Of a stretch of DNA of 64,000 bases, positions 10,201 to 17,410 are shown in pieces (within the stretch, counting starts at the first letter, position 1; each line of letters begins with the position of its first letter). The position numbers were made by a program, and so were the translations under genes. Source of the stretch: a virus. Taxonomy: Duplodnaviria; Caudoviricetes. The notes beneath the pieces are model-generated. The model saw only the letters and a program-made list of their open reading frames with translations. It had not been told where the DNA came from and did no database searches. The DNA lies in IMG/VR virus record IMGVR_UViG_3300043395_004688. One strand, written 5' to 3'.

Positions 10201-11109
10201 ATACTAAAAGAATTTGAAACCGAATTTAATCAGTGGCAAGCACAAAAAGGCCTTGATGTTGAAATCAAAATGGGTCGTCCTGTGGGGTCTGGAACTTATT
10301 ACAAACGCGACCTTGCACAGGATCCTGAACGAGAATACGGAGATGTAGATGTCATGTGCTACATTCACGGCCGAGAAGGAACAGGTGCTGCCCGCCGTAC
10401 TGCTGAATATGCCGCAGCCGTAGAAGAATTTACACAAGGCCATTCAAAATACAGCACCAGCAACGGTACCAATGTTATCATGGATACTTCGGCTGGGCCT
10501 GTACAAGTTGACCTAATCTACACCTATCATGAACATGCTAACTGGGCACGAATGCTGGCACCTGAATATCGTGTCAAGGGTGTTATCAATACCAGCTTGG
10601 TCAGCAGTCTGGCCGAAGTACTAAATCTCAGCATCGGCGTACAAGGTGTACAAGTAAAGACTCGTGCAGGTCGTCCAGTTAGTTTCCGTCAAAGCAAAGA
10701 CACGGAACTTGCCACTGTAAGCTTAGATCCAGAAAATTGGGGTGCAGATATCTATGCTTACTACTATGAACTAGCAAATGGAACTAAACCCAAAATTCCA
10801 GCCAACTTATCCAAGCATGGCGGACTCAAAGACGAACAGCGCATCAGCGACATTGTATTAACTATCAAGGCCCTGGCCACAGACATGGAACAAGCCAAAT
10901 TACTTGGCGCAGGTGCGCTAGATCATATAGCCAATAAACAAGACATGATGCAACAAATAGCTCGTGTGCTGGACGCAAAGTTTGAAAAAGTAATCAATTC
11001 CAGCAAATTTGACAAGGCTGCAACACCTGCTGCCGTTGAAAAGGCCAATAAAACCAAGCTTATGCTTGCCAAATACCGCAATGAAATAACAAAATTGCTG
11101 TTAAATTAG
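7234..11109 (+). CDS. Polyvalent multi-enzyme protein (ART-like, ParB-like, GNAT, kinase-like, pol-beta nucleotidyltransferase)
   Basis: YVYHAG...GLIP...GVYFA; VMEGNHRIMAA; RKGVGSRAM...LMKFYRSHGF; IGSGADS..VIKI..DLHTENVM..IIDP; PVGSG...YGDVDV. Confidence 0.75.
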   Translation: MTRTPGEYVYHAGYLPRGLESVKSKGLIPSQDGYSGPGVYFAYEPDEGFYHVDAADATMFRVRWSDLVNRFGVYPQKPDGIQRDDNEIIVPGAVPASMLEVEYFPGEWWDIASAVAADRGPPMNEALLVTDVPREEWLEDKIAYAKKRGRDSFGVPYMGSTTGYVRQPSHVVLPVSTLARIPGARGEQRNIRQDDLKAIMQIMKDTGKLPLTSSGKEYVPFICVAWNGEPWVMEGNHRIMAAERLGWETLPVELKYFDGGERVKSGLLYPGKIGLTAPAPGTSVTMNEETIKLGKTDTSRAREFIDAVYTRYPHTFQNNHVMSWGSGEEQEISMFELVPSFGKPNAVEIKWIQAYPLRKGVGSRAMKELQGMAQEHGVSLTLFPWDKGRVSQAKLMKFYRSHGFQPTVKGAKNMIWHPEVAEASLATMRDYFAGNDKAQDPTKLSVMRKYFDQVDGVSNINRSPGKTGKIPAGIPPEIQALVNKMYHSGKISPQEYEILRRFQQQTKINVMGIKEAETGTAYARDISKEFRKLGYSKIGSGADSTIWAKDASHVIKILMPEDAGSRAVEVFKKFYEFCQARPDIPCLPVFNEYNTIDVLDKEYIQIDMERLYPVKKNTFEEAMIWYLSDYVANGAVWEQVKQELSDPHPWINSHWPSKANKLAQTVQELSSQDESAWNLLYSVMAMLYKTGRINKLGWDLHTENVMRRSNGQLVIIDPWFADASLISESVDVVDENFADGRKPGRKGLAKRMGVDCSKSVTALRKLAAASSGEKQRMAHWCANMKAGKNESVNEGLENVNQMNYLVDLPVIGNKLAKVVNTADNRITVVVNINGVNMPFYISTGEGGKASVPAGKWYPFFGTGPSGWLNKGSEKTINAFYGSGILKSFANLLNLKLGDLRSNEKDIPYIVKSARDIINKDMLDPQNHFGAEDLGEIKKFKNRINSILKRLGDDPFYAVDESLDLAEGGWASTATQNTKITPAIIDEAVGILKEFETEFNQWQAQKGLDVEIKMGRPVGSGTYYKRDLAQDPEREYGDVDVMCYIHGREGTGAARRTAEYAAAVEEFTQGHSKYSTSNGTNVIMDTSAGPVQVDLIYTYHEHANWARMLAPEYRVKGVINTSLVSSLAEVLNLSIGVQGVQVKTRAGRPVSFRQSKDTELATVSLDPENWGADIYAYYYELANGTKPKIPANLSKHGGLKDEQRISDIVLTIKALATDMEQAKLLGAGALDHIANKQDMMQQIARVLDAKFEKVINSSKFDKAATPAAVEKANKTKLMLAKYRNEITKLLLN

Positions 11110-11131
11110 GCGTCCGCTAAAAACTAATAAC

Positions 11132-11139
11132 ACTAAATA
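11132..11139 (+). promoter_or_regulatory. T4-late-like promoter motif
   Basis: ACTAAATA in the intergenic gap. Confidence 0.45.
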
Positions 11140-11190
11140 TATCACTACTTGACGAATAGATTCGTCTGGAAAATATTAAAGGAAACTAAA

Positions 11191-11469
11191 ATGGAATTTC
11201 TAGTAGTATTAGCGGTAGGTGCCGTAGTTGTTTGGTGGTTTTTGGTTAGAAAAGAAAACAAGCCAACTGACGAATCAGCTGCCCCATACAAGGTAGAAAC
11301 ACCTGAATCAGCTGAAAAGACAGAAACAGTAGCTCACAGCGTTGCTGGTCTAGTAGTACTAGATACTGTACCTGCTGCTGCTCCTGCACCTGCTGAAGAG
11401 GCTGCTCCAAAGAAAAAGCCAGCTGCTAAAAAGGCTGCGGCTCCCCGTAAGAAGAAGGCAGCACAGTAA
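11191..11469 (+). CDS. Small membrane protein with Lys/Ala/Pro-rich tail
   Basis: N-terminal TM segment FLVVLAVGAVVVWWFLV; tail APKKKPAAKKAAAPRKKKAAQ; SD AAGGAAA. Confidence 0.7.
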   Translation: MEFLVVLAVGAVVVWWFLVRKENKPTDESAAPYKVETPESAEKTETVAHSVAGLVVLDTVPAAAPAPAEEAAPKKKPAAKKAAAPRKKKAAQ

Positions 11470-11471
11470 TA

Positions 11472-12188
11472 ATGTTATTGCGTGAAATTACATCAACTCT
11501 GCGAGTTATTAAAGAAGGTGGTAATGTCTTTAAAAACAAAGACGGTGAGATTCTCACGCAACGCATTAATCAAGCAGATGTAGAGCCCACAGTTCGTTGG
11601 TTGGAAAAAATTACCAGCTACGAACATGTACCGCACATGCTAGGCACCACTGGTAAAAAAGCCACCAGTGGTGACCTAGACATTGGTATGCCACCAGGCA
11701 TTAGCAAGGATGAACTGATTGCTAAACTCACTGCCTGGTGCGGTAAAAATAACATGGATGCCAAAGATTGTATCAAGAAAAGCGGCGTCAGTGTGCATTT
11801 TAAAACTCCCATTGGCGGAGCACCAGACCGTGGTTATGTGCAAACAGATTTTATGTTTTTACCAAACCTAGAGTTTGCAAAGTTTAGCATGGCTGCTGAC
11901 CCCAACAGCAAACACAAAGATGCCAGCAAGCATGTGGTGTTAAGTTCAGTGGCCAAACATGCAGGCTATAAGTGGAGCCCTACCAATGGCCTACTTAATA
12001 GAGAAACAAATGAGTTAATCAGCGATCAACCAGATGAAATTGCTCACATGTTGTTTGGCGAAGAACATGATCGTGCTGCGTTAACCAGTGTTGAATCTGC
12101 GCTATCTGCACTTGAAAATAATCCGGATGTGGATCAAATTCTAGCCGATGCCAGAGAAACATTGAGCAAGCAAGGAATTACTATCTAA
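11472..12188 (+). CDS. Pol-beta-superfamily nucleotidyltransferase
   Basis: LGTTGKKATSGDLDI (G[TS]...DxD) plus VQTDFM third acidic residue; leader MLLREI...IKE|GG. Confidence 0.7.
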   Translation: MLLREITSTLRVIKEGGNVFKNKDGEILTQRINQADVEPTVRWLEKITSYEHVPHMLGTTGKKATSGDLDIGMPPGISKDELIAKLTAWCGKNNMDAKDCIKKSGVSVHFKTPIGGAPDRGYVQTDFMFLPNLEFAKFSMAADPNSKHKDASKHVVLSSVAKHAGYKWSPTNGLLNRETNELISDQPDEIAHMLFGEEHDRAALTSVESALSALENNPDVDQILADARETLSKQGITI

Positions 12189-13642
12189 TGATACTGCGAG
12201 ATATTTTAGTTGTTGAAAAGAACTTAACTCCTGCCGAGCTTGTCAAGCACGGTGGAAAATATCTACGCACTCTCATTGATCTAGTAGATGCTGATAAACC
12301 CTTGCCTATTGATCCTGAGTATCGTGGTCGTTTCACAGAACCATATGCGGTAATTAACAAGGATCAAATTCCATTACTACAGGCTGCGTTAGACAACCCC
12401 GACATCAAGTCAGCATTGCCTAAAAAAGTACGCATGACCATTGGTGACGAAGAGCAGGAACAGCCTCTAAGCCTACTATTCAAAGGCACTGAGTTTACCA
12501 GCTTAGAGCAGAAAAAAGACTACAATGCCGGACACTTAGCGGAACTGTTTATGGGTCTGTGTGTTGCTGCCAAATTTTTTGCTGTGGGTGGAAAAATAAC
12601 CGCAGATCAAATCATGGACATGATTGGGCATGTTAATTCTGAAATTGACGGCAAGAACTATGTTTTTACCGTTAGCTCATCTATTCAGTACCCAGACCGC
12701 GGAGTAAAAACTGACTCATTAAATTTCCTTGCCCGTGTTCCTGCTCGTAGTGCTGAAGCATTTTTAAAGCAGGCTGCTGCTAGAAAATTTGATCCTGATC
12801 TACAGGCTGTACTATCTAGTACTGTAAAATATGTTAACGACTCAGGCAGCGTGAAACAAAGCACTGAACGAGTTCGCAACGATAAAAATAACAATCACAT
12901 TGATGTAGTCAGTGATGGTACTAGTGATGCCAAGGGCACCAAGGCCGATCTAACACTTAAAGTTGATGGTACAAAGGTTAACCTATTAAGCTTAAAAACC
13001 TACAGCAGTGATACACTGGGTCAGGCATCCGGGTTGAGTTTTGAAAACCTAAGCAAGTGGTTTAAAACCAATTTTGATCTCAATATCAATGCACACAAAG
13101 ATCAATTTGATCCGGCGCAAGGCGAAGAAACTGTCTATAACAATTTGTTAAAGTTTTATGACGATGTGGTTTTTCCTTATGTAGAAGAGCACATCGAAAA
13201 CCAAAAGCCTGGTGCAGAAGCTGCCATTGTTAAACAGCTGGCTCGTGCTGCCAATATCTATGCTCGAGGTGACACCTTGGAAGATGTTGAAGTAGTTAAA
13301 CTAGATGACAAAATTAGTTCAGGCAGTTATAAGATTCTCAGATTCAGTGATAACTTGCAAGATGCCATGAAACATCTAGATCTAGATGTAAAATACATTA
13401 ACAAAGGCAACAGTCGCACCATTCAAATATGGACTGTGCCTGCCGAAGGCGAACAAGTTGCCAAAGGCAGCAATAAGCTTTGCCAATTCCGTACTACCAA
13501 GATGGGCGGATATGCTCGCAATTACTTTGAGTCAGGACCTATGCTTGAGGCCTTGACTGCGGTCAACACTCCTGTTGACACAGAAACTACACCAGCTGGT
13601 GTGTCCAAGACTGTTACTTCCAAGACTAGACAATTAAAGTAA
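12188..13642 (+). CDS. Hypothetical protein with possible PD-(D/E)xK nuclease fold
   Basis: GHLAELF ... TKADLTLK...NLLSLKT; leader MILRDILVVE. Confidence 0.45.
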   Translation: MILRDILVVEKNLTPAELVKHGGKYLRTLIDLVDADKPLPIDPEYRGRFTEPYAVINKDQIPLLQAALDNPDIKSALPKKVRMTIGDEEQEQPLSLLFKGTEFTSLEQKKDYNAGHLAELFMGLCVAAKFFAVGGKITADQIMDMIGHVNSEIDGKNYVFTVSSSIQYPDRGVKTDSLNFLARVPARSAEAFLKQAAARKFDPDLQAVLSSTVKYVNDSGSVKQSTERVRNDKNNNHIDVVSDGTSDAKGTKADLTLKVDGTKVNLLSLKTYSSDTLGQASGLSFENLSKWFKTNFDLNINAHKDQFDPAQGEETVYNNLLKFYDDVVFPYVEEHIENQKPGAEAAIVKQLARAANIYARGDTLEDVEVVKLDDKISSGSYKILRFSDNLQDAMKHLDLDVKYINKGNSRTIQIWTVPAEGEQVAKGSNKLCQFRTTKMGGYARNYFESGPMLEALTAVNTPVDTETTPAGVSKTVTSKTRQLK

Positions 13643-13685
13643 TAGTTATAGGTTAAAGCACCTTTTTAATTTTTCATACTTTCCT

Positions 13686-13725
13686 TTTAAATAAAGTTAT
13701 ACTATAGTGGTATGAACCCACTATA
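13686..13725 (+). promoter_or_regulatory. Late-like promoter motif and 8-bp hairpin upstream of csgF
   Basis: TTTAAATA at 13686-13693; TATAGTGG-7 nt-CCACTATA at 13703-13725. Confidence 0.4.
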
Positions 13726-13743
13726 AACTTAGGGTTAGTCTGT

Positions 13744-14232
13744 ATGAAAATTAAAAATTGTCTTGTTGTTACTGCGGCAATGTGCGCTATCAGTTCCGTT
13801 GCTGCTGCCGAACTTCAACATAACTTCAACAGTCCTTCATTCTCGGGCATTGGCTGGAGCAGCCATGTGCTGACACTAAAACAATTAGAAGATCAGCAAA
13901 AAGATAAAAACAAGGCCGCAGCAGATGCAATTAAACTGGCTGCGGAAAGAGCAGCCGCTAATACTCCGCAGGCTAGATTCCAAGCCAGTATGGAAACAAG
14001 AATCTACAGTGAATTAGCCAAGCGCATCACTGACAGCTTGTTTGGTTCATCAACTGGTTCACCAATGTGTACTCCTCTAAGTGCAGGCGGACCATGTGGC
14101 GACATTGATCTTGGTGGACAAAATATTACTTGGCGTATCGACGGTAACAACATTGTTGTGCGAATTTCAGAAATTGCCAATCCAAACAATTACACAGAGT
14201 TGGTAATGCCTTATGCGGCATTTAAGATTTAA
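13744..14232 (+). CDS. csgF: Curli assembly protein CsgF-like
   Basis: Signal peptide, then ELQHNFNSPSFSG (CsgF N-terminal F.NPSFGG-type motif); directly upstream of csgG. Confidence 0.75.
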   Translation: MKIKNCLVVTAAMCAISSVAAAELQHNFNSPSFSGIGWSSHVLTLKQLEDQQKDKNKAAADAIKLAAERAAANTPQARFQASMETRIYSELAKRITDSLFGSSTGSPMCTPLSAGGPCGDIDLGGQNITWRIDGNNIVVRISEIANPNNYTELVMPYAAFKI

Positions 14233-14247
14233 GGATTTTAAAATACT

Positions 14248-15165
14248 ATGAATACAAAATTAATTTCAGCCGCAGCACTAACAGTATTGCTTTCAGGATG
14301 CGCCACAGGTGAATTTATACGCGAGCGCATCAGTGGTGATCAATACGAAGAACCGGTCGTTGACCAAGGTGCTTATCTAAGGCGCCAGTCTGAAAAATTA
14401 AAGGCGCCTGCGGGTGGCCCAATTCCTGTTGCAGTCTACGGATTTATGGATAAAACTGGACAGCGTAAAAGCTTGCCCAATGTGGCCAGTTTGAGTAGCG
14501 CAGTAACACAAGGTGCAGAAAGCTATTTGATCAAGGCTCTACAAGATGCTGGTGAAGCTCGTTGGTTTACAGTATTGGAACGAGTTGGCCTAGACAATCT
14601 TATCAAAGAGCGTCAGATGATTCGTCAAGCCAGAGAACTTTATCAAGGTAAAGATGCTAGACCACTGCCACCAATGGTGTTTGCAGGTATCATCATAGAA
14701 GGCGGCATCATTGGCTATGACACAAACCAACTAACAGGTGGTTCAGGCGTAAGAATTTTTGGCATTGGAGCACAAACACAATATCAAAGCGATACTGTTA
14801 CAGTTAATTTGCGTACAGTAAGTGTGGCCACTGGTGAAGTATTGACCAGCGTTACCATTACCAAAACAGTATTAAGCTATTTGGACAAAGCAGGTGTGTT
14901 AAAATTCGTTGACAGTGGCACAATGGCAGTGGAAGCAGAAACCGGTGTTGGCATCAACGAAAGCATTAACAAGGCAATAAACATGGCAGTTCAGGCAGCA
15001 GTTGTGCAAACTATTCACGAAGGCGCCCGCAAAGGACATTGGTCTTTTAAAGAACAAAGTTCAGCTCTGCCAGCACCGGAGGTAAAGAAAGATGAGTTGG
15101 TTCCGCCACAAGCCAATACGCCACCCCAGGTACCAGCAGCTGGTACAGGAACAAAGGTGGAATGA
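14248..15165 (+). CDS. csgG: Curli secretion channel CsgG
   Basis: Lipobox LLSGC; VAVYGFMDKTGQRK, WFTVLERVGLDNLIKERQMIR, IIEGGIIGYD, TVNLRTVSVATGEVL. Confidence 0.92.
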   Translation: MNTKLISAAALTVLLSGCATGEFIRERISGDQYEEPVVDQGAYLRRQSEKLKAPAGGPIPVAVYGFMDKTGQRKSLPNVASLSSAVTQGAESYLIKALQDAGEARWFTVLERVGLDNLIKERQMIRQARELYQGKDARPLPPMVFAGIIIEGGIIGYDTNQLTGGSGVRIFGIGAQTQYQSDTVTVNLRTVSVATGEVLTSVTITKTVLSYLDKAGVLKFVDSGTMAVEAETGVGINESINKAINMAVQAAVVQTIHEGARKGHWSFKEQSSALPAPEVKKDELVPPQANTPPQVPAAGTGTKVE

Positions 15166-15330
15166 AAAAGATTCTAAGAATCTAGTAAAGGAAGAAGAAA
15201 AATACTTAGATAGTAATTTAAAAAAGTCCAAGAGTAGTAGGACTTATAAATCCGGATAAGAAATCCGGTACAGCGGGCAAGGCGCCCAGGAGAGTAGGCA
15301 AGAGAACATAATAATCTGCCTATTGGAAAA

Positions 15331-16134
15331 ATGGTATCTTATAAGAAATTAACACTTGCAATGATGCTAGGGCTAGGCACACTTGTACCACAGGTTGCTT
15401 TTGCTCAAGCAGCAACTGGACCAAACAAGGTTTATATTGAGCAAGTTGGTAACTCTAATACCGTAACACTACAACAAGTGGGAGGTAGTAACAACATTGG
15501 TGGTGTTGCAACTACTGCGGCAAAGTCTGTTGCGGCAACCGGTGTCACAACATTCTTTCCAACCGCACCAAGCAGTTCGAACTATGCTACAATCACTGGC
15601 AGCTCAAATACCGTTGCAGTGACACAGACTGGTAATAGCAACAGTACTCGTTACGACATCCAAGGAAACGATAACGCATACTCAAGCACAGTTACTGGTC
15701 ACAGTAACCTTACCAACTTGGTAATTGGTGACGCTAACAATGCTGCAAATTTACGCAATACTGTTACTGAAACAATCACTGGTGATTCAAATTTAATTCT
15801 ACAACAAATTGTTGGCAGTGATATTACCAGCACCATAAGCATCACAGGTGACAGTAACCAAATCACCAAAGAGCTTAAGAGCTCAAATGGTAGCAGTACT
15901 ATTAGTATCAGCGGCGGCAGCAATATTTTTAATGTGCAACAAACTGACGCTGCTGGAGCCAATGGACATGTACTAATAGCATCTGTCACTGGCAACACCA
16001 ACAGCATTACTACACAGCAACAAGGCACCAACGACACCACAGTAAATATTCAAACAACTGGTAGCAACAACACTATTACTGTAAGAACCAGCAGTAGTGC
16101 TATTGTTAATCCAGTAACTGCTATTTCGAGATAA
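15331..16134 (+). CDS. Curlin-like secreted repeat protein
   Basis: Signal peptide ending AFA-Q; repeated [IV].Q.G..N units (IEQVGNSN, LQQVGGSN, VTQTGNSN, TQQQGTND). Confidence 0.8.
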   Translation: MVSYKKLTLAMMLGLGTLVPQVAFAQAATGPNKVYIEQVGNSNTVTLQQVGGSNNIGGVATTAAKSVAATGVTTFFPTAPSSSNYATITGSSNTVAVTQTGNSNSTRYDIQGNDNAYSSTVTGHSNLTNLVIGDANNAANLRNTVTETITGDSNLILQQIVGSDITSTISITGDSNQITKELKSSNGSSTISISGGSNIFNVQQTDAAGANGHVLIASVTGNTNSITTQQQGTNDTTVNIQTTGSNNTITVRTSSSAIVNPVTAISR

Positions 16135-16136
16135 AA

Positions 16137-17237
16137 ATGTGGAAGTCACCATTGATATTGGTGCTATCACTTCAGCTGAGTACCGCCTTTGCTCAATCCA
16201 TTGGGGTTGTTAGCGAAAACAAAGGTACTCAGTGTGAAGTGCAACGTGGCCGAGCAGTTTCATCTGGTGTCAAAGGAACCAGTATTGAAAGCATGGATAC
16301 CTACAGAACGCAGGCCTGTGCTAGTTCTATAACATTTAAAGATGACACCAAGGTAAAGATAACTGAAAATTCCAAATTGGTAATTGATGATTTTGTGTTT
16401 GATCCTCGCAGATCTGACGCTGGTAAGTTGGCCATGAAGGTCAGCATGGGTACTGTGCGCTATGCCAGTGGTCAAATAGCCAAGAACAATCCACAACAGG
16501 TTGCAGTCAATACTCCTACAGCAAACATTGCTGTGCGTGGCACAGACTTTTCAATGACCGTAGATGAAACAGGACAAAGTCTTGTGGTATTGCTTCCAAG
16601 TTGCAAAGATGAAAGCGAGCAAAAGAAATACGAGCTAGAAGAAAATCGTTGCAGAGTAGGACGAATTGAGGTTACCAATGCGGCTGGTACTGTAGTACTT
16701 GACAAAGCATTTGAATCCACTTATATTATTGCATTTGATACTAAACCAACACCCCCGGTAATCATTAATACCGTTGAGTCAAAAATTAACAATTTGCTGA
16801 TTATTTCTAGACCACCCGAGGTTGCACAGGCAGTAAAGCAGCATACCCGCACTCGTCGTGAAGAACTAGAAGCAGAAATAGAAGCCGAAGCGCAGAGAAG
16901 AATAAGTCAGCGCATTCAAGAAACCAACGAAGACATAGAAAGAGCTAGACTATTAATGCTACAACAGGCAGCAAGTAATACCGGATGTAACGCCAGTACT
17001 CATGTTTGTGTTGTATGGAATAATCCTGAAGCAGCAGATATTCAAAGTCGCGGACGCGGCATTGCTTTTCGCTCCAATGAAGATCACTATGCTGAAGTCA
17101 AAACACAAGGCTACAGCAGTAATACCACAGTTACTATTGTACACAACGATCAAAGTGCCACTGAAGTAATTGGCACAGGTGGTGCTGGTGGTAATACTGT
17201 TTTTATTAAACAAAACGGCGGAGTACTACGACGATGA
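16137..17237 (+). CDS. FecR-domain protein
   Basis: Signal peptide; ITFKDDTKVKITENSKLVID and VNTPTANIAVRGTDF motifs. Confidence 0.85.
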   Translation: MWKSPLILVLSLQLSTAFAQSIGVVSENKGTQCEVQRGRAVSSGVKGTSIESMDTYRTQACASSITFKDDTKVKITENSKLVIDDFVFDPRRSDAGKLAMKVSMGTVRYASGQIAKNNPQQVAVNTPTANIAVRGTDFSMTVDETGQSLVVLLPSCKDESEQKKYELEENRCRVGRIEVTNAAGTVVLDKAFESTYIIAFDTKPTPPVIINTVESKINNLLIISRPPEVAQAVKQHTRTRREELEAEIEAEAQRRISQRIQETNEDIERARLLMLQQAASNTGCNASTHVCVVWNNPEAADIQSRGRGIAFRSNEDHYAEVKTQGYSSNTTVTIVHNDQSATEVIGTGGAGGNTVFIKQNGGVLRR

Positions 17238-17410
17238 CAAATATGAACTTATTTCAACTAATGTACCAACAATGGATCCAAGAAAACGAGTATTATGTGT
17301 CCAGGTGGAAAGATTTCATTGAGCTAGCTGTAAGAGAAACTAACTTACCAGGTTCTGAGATTCTCAATGAACTTGAACAAACAACATGGTTTAAAAGAAC
17401 ATATGATTAA
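17234..17410 (+). CDS. Small hypothetical protein (58 aa, not in ORF track)
   Basis: ATGA overlap with the FecR stop; MTNMNLFQLMYQQWIQ...KRTYD*; its stop overlaps the next start. Confidence 0.55.
   Translation: MTNMNLFQLMYQQWIQENEYYVSRWKDFIELAVRETNLPGSEILNELEQTTWFKRTYD

Noticed and set aside
15240-15330. c-di-GMP riboswitch before the curlin gene
   Set aside because: Biologically attractive, but the class I and II consensus elements as I recall them are not present
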